64,000 bases of DNA. Origin: Candidatus Melainabacteria bacterium 17Bon1m (lineage in GTDB: Bacteria; Cyanobacteriota; Vampirovibrionia; Obscuribacterales; Obscuribacteraceae). A program made the position numbers and the translations under genes. Where the stretch lies: the NCBI GenBank assembly GCA_032128875.1, contig JAVLKG010000002.1, positions 192,001 through 256,000 of the forward strand, given 5' to 3'. The notes beneath the pieces are model-generated. The model was not told the DNA's origin. It worked only from the letters and a program-made list of their open reading frames with translations, and ran no database searches. Positions 49,137-57,650 of this stretch are shown one piece after another (the stretch's first letter is position 1; every line of letters begins with the position of its first letter).

Positions 49137-50213
49137 TTACAGATACGGAACGTATCCGTGCTCGGAGGCGATTGCTTTGTCTTTTTCGGCTTCCACTTTG
49201 TTGCCTAGCTTCTCGTTCAGCTCTGCGCGAAACCACCGCGCATCGATGCAGTATGGGTCCAATTCTGCCGCCGTGTTCAATTCTTGCAAAGCATCTTCGT
49301 TGCGCCCAAGCCGTAGGAGTGAAAGTCCATGGACTGCGCGCATAGAGGCATCTTCGGGGAGCTTTCCAACGGCTTCTTCAGAGAAACGGAGAGCCGTTTC
49401 GTTATCTTTTCTCAGGAGATTCAGCTTGGCGTTTTGCAAACTCTTGATTGCATCCTCTCGCTTTGTTTTAGGTGTGGCGAGCTGAATGCATTCTTGCATC
49501 TTTTCCAAATCGCCCTTATGCGCGTAGAGATCTGCCAAGTCTAGATAAAGGCTTCCTTTGTCGTTGCCTAGTTCTAATGCCTTTGTCATGTCTGCGATTG
49601 CAAGATCTAGTTTGCCAAGCCGGTTATATGCGAATGCTCTGATCGCGAGAGTAAACACCAATTCATCACCGGACACAGAATCGATCACTTCGTTGCACAA
49701 GTCGAGAGCATCAGTGTTCTTGTTCATCGAATGTAGTGCGTGCGCTTTGTGTACCTTTGCTGTTTTGAGAGTGGGGCAGTGCTTTATGACGTGATCAATG
49801 TCTTTCAGCGCATCTTCGTACTTGTATTGCTGAGTATTTGCCAGCATGCGAATCAAATACGAACCCGGGTGTGTCTGCCCAAGCTCGATTGCTTTTGTAC
49901 AGTCTTCAACTGCTTCTGCCGATTTGCACAGTGCGTTGTTCGCTGTTGCTCGAATATAGTGACAGTAGCCAGTGTCACCTTCGAGTTTTAGTGCGGCATT
50001 TATTTTCTCGATTGCTTTCTCTGGCTGGTGCAAATTGATGTGGGCGAGTGCCGCATTAGCGAGAGCACTTTGATCGTTCGGAGTTTTCTCCAATAGTCGA
50101 TTGCTCAATTCAAGAAACGTCGGCCAATCCTGCTTCTCAAACGCTGTTTTCATTGCGTTCTGCTCTGTGGGTTCGAGCTTGTTCTTCACCCAGCTGATGA
50201 TGCGGTTTATCAT
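49137..50213 (-). CDS. TPR repeat protein
   Basis: Repeated AxxDxxKAIEL helices. Confidence 0.88.
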   Translation of the reverse strand: MINRIISWVKNKLEPTEQNAMKTAFEKQDWPTFLELSNRLLEKTPNDQSALANAALAHINLHQPEKAIEKINAALKLEGDTGYCHYIRATANNALCKSAEAVEDCTKAIELGQTHPGSYLIRMLANTQQYKYEDALKDIDHVIKHCPTLKTAKVHKAHALHSMNKNTDALDLCNEVIDSVSGDELVFTLAIRAFAYNRLGKLDLAIADMTKALELGNDKGSLYLDLADLYAHKGDLEKMQECIQLATPKTKREDAIKSLQNAKLNLLRKDNETALRFSEEAVGKLPEDASMRAVHGLSLLRLGRNEDALQELNTAAELDPYCIDARWFRAELNEKLGNKVEAEKDKAIASEHGYVPYL

Positions 50214-50242
50214 GGTTTCCTTTTGGCTCTCAGCACTGGGCG

Positions 50243-51430
50243 TTACAAGTACGGAATGTAGCTGAAGTCTAATGCGATCTTCTTGTCCTTCTCTGCTTCT
50301 TCTATGTTGCCCATTTTCTCGTGGAGTTCCGCGCGGAAGTAATACGCTTCGGCTTCATAGGAATCCTGTTCGATTGCTAAATCCAGAAAACTTTTTCCCT
50401 CTTCCATTCGATTGTTTCTAAGCAACATGAGTCCATGTGTGGAATTCAATGCAGATCTTTCTGGTCCAATTTTCACAGCTTGGGATGAACATTCTAAAGC
50501 GCGCTCTGTATTGCCTGACAACAGCTGTATTCTTGCTTCATTGCTTTCGACGTACCCGTGACGAACCTTCAATTCTCTTTCTTTCGCGAGTATCAACGAG
50601 ATAAACGCACTATCTAAATCTCCCTTTCGACCCAAAATGTAGCATCTGTTTATGTGAACTTCTGCCGAATCTGGTTTTAGTTCCAGGACCTGATCAAGAT
50701 CGTCGACTGACAGGTCAAGATTTCCCAGCCTGCAGTTGATTAGCGCCCTGAGTTGAAGAGCCGATGGTAGTAGTGCGGCATTGCCATTTATCAATACCGA
50801 TGCAACTTCTCTCATGGCTTCAATATTTTGATTTCTGGAGAAGTAAATATGCGCCTTTATTAGGCATGCAAACTCAGGTCGAGTCTGCAATAAAATTGGA
50901 GCCTCTGCATCATTCAGTGCCTGTTCATATTCGTATTGTTGAAAGAATGCGTTAGCTCTAAGCCAGTGGGCTACCCAGCTGGTCTTGCCGAATTTCATCG
51001 CTTGAGTTGCATCAGTTCTACATTGTTCATATTTACCAGAGAAAAGATTGGCTTCCGCCCGCAGGAGGAACAGATTTTCAAGTTTTCCACCAAGGTCAAT
51101 TGCTCGGGACGCATAGTCGATTGCTCTGTCATAGTCCTTGAGGGCGTATGCGCTGTAAGCCGCAAGAACTCTAGGATACTGGTCTTGCGGGAATGCACTA
51201 GTTTGTTTCTCACAGAGCTCAATTGCTTTTTCATATTTCTTGTTGTCGTACTCGATTTTTGCCCAATGGGAGCGGCCACGCCTAATTGCCCAATAACCGT
51301 AGGCCACAACTCCGCATCCTAAGCATATATACAACTTCGGCACGTACACAGCTGCACTTCCAACCACCCACAGCACAGCGATGACGACGGCAAGTACAAA
51401 TAGCAAGTCGGCTTTTGTTTCTGGTTTCAT
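50243..51430 (-). CDS. Membrane-anchored TPR repeat protein (paralog of 49137-50213)
   Basis: Two N-terminal TMs, TPRs, shared C-terminus. Confidence 0.88.
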   Translation of the reverse strand: MKPETKADLLFVLAVVIAVLWVVGSAAVYVPKLYICLGCGVVAYGYWAIRRGRSHWAKIEYDNKKYEKAIELCEKQTSAFPQDQYPRVLAAYSAYALKDYDRAIDYASRAIDLGGKLENLFLLRAEANLFSGKYEQCRTDATQAMKFGKTSWVAHWLRANAFFQQYEYEQALNDAEAPILLQTRPEFACLIKAHIYFSRNQNIEAMREVASVLINGNAALLPSALQLRALINCRLGNLDLSVDDLDQVLELKPDSAEVHINRCYILGRKGDLDSAFISLILAKERELKVRHGYVESNEARIQLLSGNTERALECSSQAVKIGPERSALNSTHGLMLLRNNRMEEGKSFLDLAIEQDSYEAEAYYFRAELHEKMGNIEEAEKDKKIALDFSYIPYL

Positions 51431-51458
51431 TGGAATCAGAGTAATAATCTTTCAACCA

Positions 51459-52007
51459 TTAGATCATCCGCGCTAGCAAATTGTAGTTTCTGCCGCCGAA
51501 TTCGAAAGTATCCACAACCTTCATGTGCAGCTTGTTTTCGTGAGCAGCAAGAGAGCGTGGATTGGCATCATCGACGAAGCACATCGCGACCTCGAATTCC
51601 TTGCCGAACGTTTCAAAAAACGCGTTATAAATCGACTCGAAAATACCTTTGCCTCGTTGCGACTTCGCTATGCAGATCGGTCCGGTCATCACGATTTTGT
51701 ATTGTGCCAATGGCTTTCCATCAAGGTCAATTGATTCTGTTCTTTTGGAGATGGTCTTCAGCAGCTCTTTACCCTGATGCAATTCCAAATGCGACGTGCA
51801 TAAATAGCCCGCAAGTTTCCCGTCATCCTCCGCCACCATGACCGCAACGTCCCGGTCAAACTTCTTGAAGTCGTCTGCTGAGAAATCTCCTTGCACAAAT
51901 CCATCTTTGAGGTCGGCTTCAGCCACCTTTCCCAACAGGCTTTCATTTTGGATGGCGATTATCCCCTCGAGGTCGCTATCTTCCATCCGGCGGCAGTTTA
52001 CAGACAT
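51459..52007 (-). CDS. GNAT-family N-acetyltransferase
   Basis: GPICIAKSQRGKGIF, NPRSLAAH. Confidence 0.85.
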   Translation of the reverse strand: MSVNCRRMEDSDLEGIIAIQNESLLGKVAEADLKDGFVQGDFSADDFKKFDRDVAVMVAEDDGKLAGYLCTSHLELHQGKELLKTISKRTESIDLDGKPLAQYKIVMTGPICIAKSQRGKGIFESIYNAFFETFGKEFEVAMCFVDDANPRSLAAHENKLHMKVVDTFEFGGRNYNLLARMI

Positions 52008-52105
52008 ATGTCCCGTGGCTCCATAGTTTCCAGAGTGCTCTGATTGCCCATTATCTCCCACTGGCAGGTAGTTCGGGCTGCCGAAGATTAAATCCCAGCG
52101 AAAAC

Positions 52106-52131
52106 CGAAACTTCTTTCGCGGAGCGGTGTA
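52106..52131 (+). promoter_or_regulatory. Candidate ECF-sigma (SigW-like) promoter
   Basis: CGAAAC-N16-TGTA versus SigW consensus TGAAAC-N16-CGTA, upstream of the Spy-ECF operon. Confidence 0.35.
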
Positions 52132-52180
52132 TGTGCAGTCAGACGCGGCGGAGTCAAGAATGCTGGGAGGCATTGGGGAA

Positions 52181-52714
52181 ATGAGAAAGCTGGAAAACGA
52201 CCGAAAATCCAAGGGTCTTTTGGGAAATAGAACAGGCGCAGTGCTGGCGGTCGGAGCAGGCGCTTTGATTGCGGGGGCGCCATTCATGGCTCCGGCGTTC
52301 GCTGGACCATTGAATAGTGACAGCCTGGTCGATCCAGAGTGGGAAAGCGCTGTGCGCAAGCATGTTGAGAAGCGTTTTTTCAATCTGATCGATGCTACTG
52401 AAACTCAAAAGAGCCAACTGGATGACATTTTCAAGAAAATGTGCGAATCCAATAGGTCCACTCGAGAGCAGGTCAAACAGGGCGCGGTGGATGTGGCAAA
52501 TATGATGGCTGATGGTTCGACGAGCGATGAGCAGATTCGAAGTAAGGTGGCGGACATCAGAAAGTTGCGAGAAAAGATGCAAGATACGCGTCTTGATACG
52601 GCTTTGAAGGTTCGTGCCATTTTGACAAATGAGCAGCGTAAGGTCGTCTCAGACCGTGTTGTCGGTTTCATCACTGGCAATCAGAGGCGCGGCTTGTTGC
52701 GCTCCATGATGTAA
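52181..52714 (+). CDS. Spy/CpxP-family periplasmic protein
   Basis: Signal peptide (PAFA), ATETQK and AILTNEQRK LTxxQ motifs. Confidence 0.85.
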   Translation: MRKLENDRKSKGLLGNRTGAVLAVGAGALIAGAPFMAPAFAGPLNSDSLVDPEWESAVRKHVEKRFFNLIDATETQKSQLDDIFKKMCESNRSTREQVKQGAVDVANMMADGSTSDEQIRSKVADIRKLREKMQDTRLDTALKVRAILTNEQRKVVSDRVVGFITGNQRRGLLRSMM

Positions 52715-52744
52715 ACCGTTGGACCTGTCGAAAGGACGGGAAAA

Positions 52745-53422
52745 ATGCTAGAGATTTGCTCACTAGATCCAATAGACCTAAGACGATCGAATAATAGGCA
52801 CAAAGGAGCCACAGCCCTGTTTAGCAGCATCATAGCGAGAACACAGGTTGACGACAGCCTTGACGATTCAAGTCTCGTCAAGGCTTGTCTCAACGGTGAT
52901 AAGCGCGCCTACGAAGTGTTGCTCAGGCGTTATCAGAAGCTCGTTTATAACGTGCTTTATCAGATGGTGCACTCGCACGAGATGGCGGCAGATCTCACGC
53001 AAGAGACATTTTTGAAAGCTTATCGGGCGCTTGGCTCTTTCCGCACCGAAGGAAAGTTTAAGCCATGGTTGTTGCGCATCGCGACCAACACTTGTTTGAA
53101 CGCGATTCGAGACAACAAAGAGCACGATTCGCTGGATGACATTCTCGAAGAAAACCCGGGAGCCGAACCGGCTTACGACGAGAAGATTGAAGAGTTGGTT
53201 GAATGGAGGTTGACACATAAAAAATTGGAAGACGCGCTAAAACAGCTGCCGATGAGGCATCGCCAGGTTTTTATCTTGCGCTATCAGCACGATCTTCCAT
53301 ATGAGGAAATTGCAGAGGTGTCTGGCGAACCAGTGAGTACGATCAAGTCTTTGCTGTTTCGCATTCGAGAGAAGTTGCGCAAGATGCTCGCCGAGAGCGT
53401 CGAAAGCGGCATTCTCAGTTAG
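52745..53422 (+). CDS. ECF RNA polymerase sigma factor
   Basis: DLTQETFLKAY, FKPWLLRIATN, LPYEEIAE, TIKSLLFR; true start probably further downstream. Confidence 0.93.
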   Translation: MLEICSLDPIDLRRSNNRHKGATALFSSIIARTQVDDSLDDSSLVKACLNGDKRAYEVLLRRYQKLVYNVLYQMVHSHEMAADLTQETFLKAYRALGSFRTEGKFKPWLLRIATNTCLNAIRDNKEHDSLDDILEENPGAEPAYDEKIEELVEWRLTHKKLEDALKQLPMRHRQVFILRYQHDLPYEEIAEVSGEPVSTIKSLLFRIREKLRKMLAESVESGILS

Positions 53423-53429
53423 GAGAGAG

Positions 53430-53870
53430 GTGATAGAAATGGATGAGAAGAATATTGAGCGGGAAGATGAAGACGAGAAGGAAAATTCGTCCGAAACTCG
53501 CGTTTTCGATCCACCCGCGATTAACGTGTCGAACGATACGAGCGCACCGATGAAGATGCGCGTAAGCGACATTCAAGAAGCGTATCAGATACAGGAGATT
53601 GAGGCTGTGGCTGCGAGTTTGCCACAATACGATGTCTCTGAAGGCTTGACGCAAAACATCTTGCGCGCGGTTGAAGCCGAGCCCGCTTACGGGAAAAATC
53701 GGGATTCGATAATGACGGCTAGCATGATTTTTGCTGTTATTTTGGCGGCGCTTTTTGTGATTGAAACACAAGAGTCTGTTGGTGGAATTCTCTCTTGGAT
53801 GGTTGGTTTAGCTGTGATGTATTCAATCAGCTTGCTGGTATCCTCCGGTCATGAGGCGGAAACAGTTTGA
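53430..53870 (+). CDS. Putative anti-sigma factor, two C-terminal TMs
   Basis: Position after the ECF sigma; LPQYDVSEGLTQNIL resembles the post-ASD motif. Confidence 0.55.
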   Translation: MIEMDEKNIEREDEDEKENSSETRVFDPPAINVSNDTSAPMKMRVSDIQEAYQIQEIEAVAASLPQYDVSEGLTQNILRAVEAEPAYGKNRDSIMTASMIFAVILAALFVIETQESVGGILSWMVGLAVMYSISLLVSSGHEAETV

Positions 53871-54898
53871 AGAATAATCGGAACTGGCAATTTCGTAGCT
53901 ACCGTCTTGTCTGGTGTAGGATGTTAGTCGTCGTTTCCATTGTATTTGTTTGCACAGCGTCTGCTACCATCGCGCAGAGTCCGGCAGCAAAACATAGTGG
54001 ATATGATGAGAATGGTCAGTACTGGCAGTATTCCGATCAAGCTGATTCTGCGAATAAATCTAAAGAATCATCGGAAGTAACCGACAAATCAGCTACGGTT
54101 CAATCCGAGCAAGAAGTAGAACCACTTAAGAGAGAACTGAATTTGAGGGAGCTTCTCTCCAGTCAGCACTCGACTGAAGATGACAACTCATTCGATATGT
54201 CTGCCGAAGAGGAAGAAATGTCATCTACTCAAGATCTTTTGCTGGGACCTGGAAGATGGATTTACAATACGCGCATCGGCAAGAATTTAGCGAAGCATCA
54301 AAATGTCGATATTCGCAGACGACCGATGATGTACTGGCGTCGTTTTGCGGATCGACCAGTTCCACCTCGTGGCACTTTCTTGTTTTTTGTATTCTTCAAC
54401 AGTTTGATTTGTCTGGCGTTTAAGAAGCGTGTAGAAGTTGCTTCAAGTTGCGTGAGAAAGAGCTTCTGGAAGTCACTCTTCGTTGGTTTTACCTTTGTAA
54501 TTTTGATGGGCATCGCCGCACGGTTCTGTTTTGATTCGGCATTGTTTACGCCTGCTGCATTGCTTATTTTAGGCATTGTTCAATTACTTGTTTTGGCAGG
54601 ACTTGCGGTAAGTTCCATGACCGTTGGCACTGCGATTCTCAACAGGCTCGGTGTCACGACAATGTCCGTATCAGAGGCCGAAAGTGTAAGTCACTCAGCT
54701 CATTCGTTTGTAGAAAGACTGAAATGCAAGCTTCACTATCTAGCTCCAGTGATTCTCGCATCAGTGTTGGTAACACTCATCTCCCTGATTCCAACTTTAG
54801 GGTTTTTGCCGCGCATGGGCACACGTTTTGTAATGTGGTTCTGCGTCCTGGGTTTGGGCGCACTGATAAGAACACAGCTCGGTCGTAAGCCTCTATAG
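53867..54898 (+). CDS. Membrane protein, signal peptide plus C-terminal multi-TM domain
   Basis: TTGA overlap with the upstream gene; IPTLG...LGLGAL terminal helices. Confidence 0.7.
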   Translation: MKNNRNWQFRSYRLVWCRMLVVVSIVFVCTASATIAQSPAAKHSGYDENGQYWQYSDQADSANKSKESSEVTDKSATVQSEQEVEPLKRELNLRELLSSQHSTEDDNSFDMSAEEEEMSSTQDLLLGPGRWIYNTRIGKNLAKHQNVDIRRRPMMYWRRFADRPVPPRGTFLFFVFFNSLICLAFKKRVEVASSCVRKSFWKSLFVGFTFVILMGIAARFCFDSALFTPAALLILGIVQLLVLAGLAVSSMTVGTAILNRLGVTTMSVSEAESVSHSAHSFVERLKCKLHYLAPVILASVLVTLISLIPTLGFLPRMGTRFVMWFCVLGLGALIRTQLGRKPL

Positions 54899-54931
54899 CG
54901 GCAACGCCATGAGGCTAACGTCTCTAAAGGT

Positions 54932-54977
54932 GCGTCGCCGGGTTGCCGACGCCGGGCGGCATGTATGCCGTCCCTAC
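54932..54977. repeat. REP-like palindromes
   Basis: GGGCGGCATGTATGCCGTCCCTAC, near identical to 24618-24641. Confidence 0.75.
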
Positions 54978-55017
54978 AGCTGGAAGTCAGGACGTGATTT
55001 CTAGTTGTTTGTTGCAA

Positions 55018-56316
55018 CTACTCTACAACGGACTTTGCTCTCTGGAACATTTTTACCAGCTTTTCAAAATCCTTATCATCGAGCGCATCTGATGCTAGTT
55101 CCAGCTGTTTCACCAATTCTTGAATTGCTGCTTGCAGCTCTTCTTTGTTCTGATTGAAAAGGTCCAGCCACATTTCTGGCGGGCTCTCCATCAAGCGCGC
55201 GAGTTGTTTGAAGGCTGGACCGTGTAATTTCAATTCGTGCTCGGTCACGTTTTGGTCCGCAATTGATGCGCCGAGTGCGACTGCAATCAATTGGACCAGG
55301 TGGCTTGTGCGGGCGAGCACTTTGTCGTGTGATGCCGGCGATGCTTCAACTGGCTTGAGACCGAGACCTTCAAGCCAGCGTCTAAATCGTTTTACTGACA
55401 TTTGCGAGGACTTGTTGGTTGGAGTCAGGCAAAATACCGCATCATTGGTTGCCACCGCAGATGATGCATCCAGTCCTGATTTCTGCGAGCCAAACAACGG
55501 GTGCCCGCCGATAAAATCCGCACCGTGAAGGTCCAAATTCTCAGCTATAGTGCAGATTTCCTTCTTGGTCGACGTGACGTCAACAACTAATTGCCGACGC
55601 GAAAGTTTTGGCGCAATCGATTCCAGCAAGTCAATGTTCTTCTTTGGAGGCGCAGCCAAAATGATAAGGGAAGATCGTTCGGCGGCATTTGATGCCTTAG
55701 TTTCGGCGCAGTCGATCAGCCCTTCGCCGAGCGCTTTTTGCAAGACGTCTGGAGCATCGACTGCGGTGATATTTGTTTTCGGAGAGTGCTTGCGGATCAA
55801 TCTTGCGATTGTTCCACCAATGAGGCCAAGACCAATGATTGTTACTGTGGGAAAGTAACGTTGGGGATTGCGGGTCTGGGCGACCGTTTGCTCAGACGAA
55901 TCTTGGCTCGAATTTGCTGCGACTTGGTCGCGCTTCAATTCTTCTTTCGATTCTGAGTTTGCGTTCGCGCCCGCTTGTGCTTTTGGGCTTGTGGTCTCGC
56001 TGAGTTTTTCCTGCAGACCGCGGCTGCCGGCCAACATGGTCGTGTAGATGTCGACCAGTTGCGCGGCGATAACGGGGTCTGATGCTACTGCGGAGACGCG
56101 GCTAAGAACTTCCTTCTCGCGCTTGTCGTCCAGCACCGGTTTGTTCATGCGCTTTTTAGCTTCGCCGATTTCTTTGCAAAGCATGAGCCGTTCGTTGATC
56201 AGGTTGGCGATCAACTCGTCGAGTTCATCAATTCGCGCTCTTGATTCTTCCAATTTAATTGTTGGCTTTCGCCAATCCAGCTCATCGATTTCATCTAATT
56301 GTAAATGCATTGACAT
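55018..56316 (-). CDS. tyrA: Chorismate mutase (AroQ) - prephenate/arogenate dehydrogenase fusion
   Basis: LEESRARIDELD...ER...IGEAK...DDKRE; IIGLGLIGG, DVTSTK, GGHPLFG, HD...TSH; ATG overlaps the aroF TAA. Confidence 0.92.
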   Translation of the reverse strand: MSMHLQLDEIDELDWRKPTIKLEESRARIDELDELIANLINERLMLCKEIGEAKKRMNKPVLDDKREKEVLSRVSAVASDPVIAAQLVDIYTTMLAGSRGLQEKLSETTSPKAQAGANANSESKEELKRDQVAANSSQDSSEQTVAQTRNPQRYFPTVTIIGLGLIGGTIARLIRKHSPKTNITAVDAPDVLQKALGEGLIDCAETKASNAAERSSLIILAAPPKKNIDLLESIAPKLSRRQLVVDVTSTKKEICTIAENLDLHGADFIGGHPLFGSQKSGLDASSAVATNDAVFCLTPTNKSSQMSVKRFRRWLEGLGLKPVEASPASHDKVLARTSHLVQLIAVALGASIADQNVTEHELKLHGPAFKQLARLMESPPEMWLDLFNQNKEELQAAIQELVKQLELASDALDDKDFEKLVKMFQRAKSVVE

Positions 56317-57257
56317 TACCCCCGAGCTGTTTTGCGCGCAATGCGTTTACGCAGTGTGAGTTTGCCGGCGGATTTTGAACCAATGCCTTGAACCACTGTG
56401 ATCTGTCTTTTCTTTTCTACGTCGCCTGCGACCGAGCGGCCAACAGCGGCGGCGATAGGTTTGATGGATTCGACCAGCTCGACCATGTCTTCGAGGGACA
56501 AGGCTTGGCGGGCATCAGAGACTGACTTTTCCGGTTCGGGGTGGCACTCGATGATCAGTCCATCGGCTCCGCAGGCGACAGCGGCACGTGCCAGGTCTGC
56601 GACCAGTTCGCGTTTTCCGGCTGCGTGGCTCGGGTCTACGATGACGGGCAAGTGTGTCAGTTGTTTGAGAGCGACGACTGCGCCGAGGTCGAGCACGTTT
56701 CTGGTGAATGTGTCGAAGCTGCGGATGCCGCGTTCGCAAAGTACGACATTGGGGTTGCCGTGAGCCATGATGTACTCGGCCGCCAGTAGCATTTCTTCGA
56801 TGGTTGCGGAGAGGCCTCTCTTCAGCAACACTGGCTTTTTGGCTTGGCCAAGGGCTTTGAGCAATTCAAAGTTTTGCATGTTGCGGCTGCCGACTTGCAG
56901 CATGTCTGCCTTTTCATCGCAGGCAGCCAGCTGTTCCACAGACATTACTTCTGTGACTGTGGGCAAGCCATGCTTCTGGCTCATGGATTGTAGGATGTCC
57001 AGCCCTTCTTCGCCGAGTCCTTGGAAGGCGTACGGCGACGAGCGAGGCTTGTGCACACCGCCGCGAATGGCGCTGACAGAGCCTTTCAGCTTTTGTGCGA
57101 CGATTTCCATTTGCTCGGCATTTTCTACTGTGCATGGTCCGCCGATGATGACGATTGGCTTGCCGCCGACTTTAAGAGAGTCACCGATGGCGACTTCGGA
57201 TGTCTGACAGCCTTCGGCTCTGGCGGCTAATTTGACTTGGTTGCTAATCTCGCTCAC
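56316..57257 (-). CDS. aroF: DAHP synthase, type I-beta, without N-terminal regulatory domain
   Basis: [48 protein letters not shown] at 57257 follows GAGGA. Confidence 0.95.
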   Translation of the reverse strand: MSEISNQVKLAARAEGCQTSEVAIGDSLKVGGKPIVIIGGPCTVENAEQMEIVAQKLKGSVSAIRGGVHKPRSSPYAFQGLGEEGLDILQSMSQKHGLPTVTEVMSVEQLAACDEKADMLQVGSRNMQNFELLKALGQAKKPVLLKRGLSATIEEMLLAAEYIMAHGNPNVVLCERGIRSFDTFTRNVLDLGAVVALKQLTHLPVIVDPSHAAGKRELVADLARAAVACGADGLIIECHPEPEKSVSDARQALSLEDMVELVESIKPIAAAVGRSVAGDVEKKRQITVVQGIGSKSAGKLTLRKRIARKTARG

Positions 57258-57274
57258 TGTTTGAATCCTCGTGT

Positions 57275-57311
57275 GAAATAGTGAACCCGGGGGACGTATC
57301 CTCCCGGGCTC
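57275..57311 (-). terminator. Attenuator 2 terminator-like hairpin
   Basis: GAGCCCGGGAGGA-TACG-TCCCCCGGGTTC followed by ACTATTTC (weak U-tract). Confidence 0.6.
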
Positions 57312-57346
57312 TTCAGGTAACTGTTTGGTGCACTCAGCGTGCCAGC

Positions 57347-57475
57347 TTAAACCTGCCCGGGCGTTCCCCCTGCAAAAAAGAAGAAGTACCAGTAGTAAGA
57401 AGTTGATGGGCATTGAGTCTTCGCGGACTCAGCGCTTCGGAGGGTTAGGTTGTGGGTTATTTCGGTGTTCATCAT
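57347..57475 (-). CDS. Aromatic amino acid leader peptide 2 (42 aa, MMNTEITHNLTLRSAESAKTQCPSTSYYWYFFFFAGGTPGQV)
   Basis: Hand translation; eight consecutive Tyr/Trp/Phe codons and no other aromatic residue. Confidence 0.8.
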   Translation of the reverse strand: MMNTEITHNLTLRSAESAKTQCPSTSYYWYFFFFAGGTPGQV

Positions 57476-57485
57476 CTTTAGCTCT

Positions 57486-57521
57486 TAAACAAAAACCGCA
57501 GACCTTGTTGAGTCTGCGGTT
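57486..57521 (-). terminator. Attenuator 1 intrinsic terminator
   Basis: AACCGCAGAC-TCAACAAG-GTCTGCGGTT-TTTGTTT, perfect 10 bp stem plus U-tract. Confidence 0.85.
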
Positions 57522-57547
57522 CACCAGTTGGGACAAAGTAAGCTATC

Positions 57548-57598
57548 TCACCCCTGGCGAACCTCAAAGTACCAAAAATAAAAACCAAAATTGCTCAC
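57548..57598 (-). CDS. Aromatic amino acid leader peptide 1 (16 aa, MSNFGFYFWYFEVRQG)
   Basis: GTG start after AAGAGAG; 7 of 8 consecutive codons are Phe/Tyr/Trp. Confidence 0.82.
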   Translation of the reverse strand: MSNFGFYFWYFEVRQG

Positions 57599-57650
57599 GA
57601 CTTACTCTCTTAAATGCCAGGGCGTGCGCCCCGGGCGTTCCAATGCACCC

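Noticed and set aside
56310-56325. Programmed frameshift fusing DAHP synthase to CM-TyrA
   Set aside because: No convincing slippery heptamer; the TAATG overlap is explained by ordinary translational coupling.
57258-57413. ORF-track N-terminal extension of aroF (MPINFLLLVLLLF...), resembling a signal peptide
   Set aside because: It is an alternative frame of the T-rich leader-2 codon run and crosses the attenuator hairpins; the GTG at 57257 has a proper RBS.
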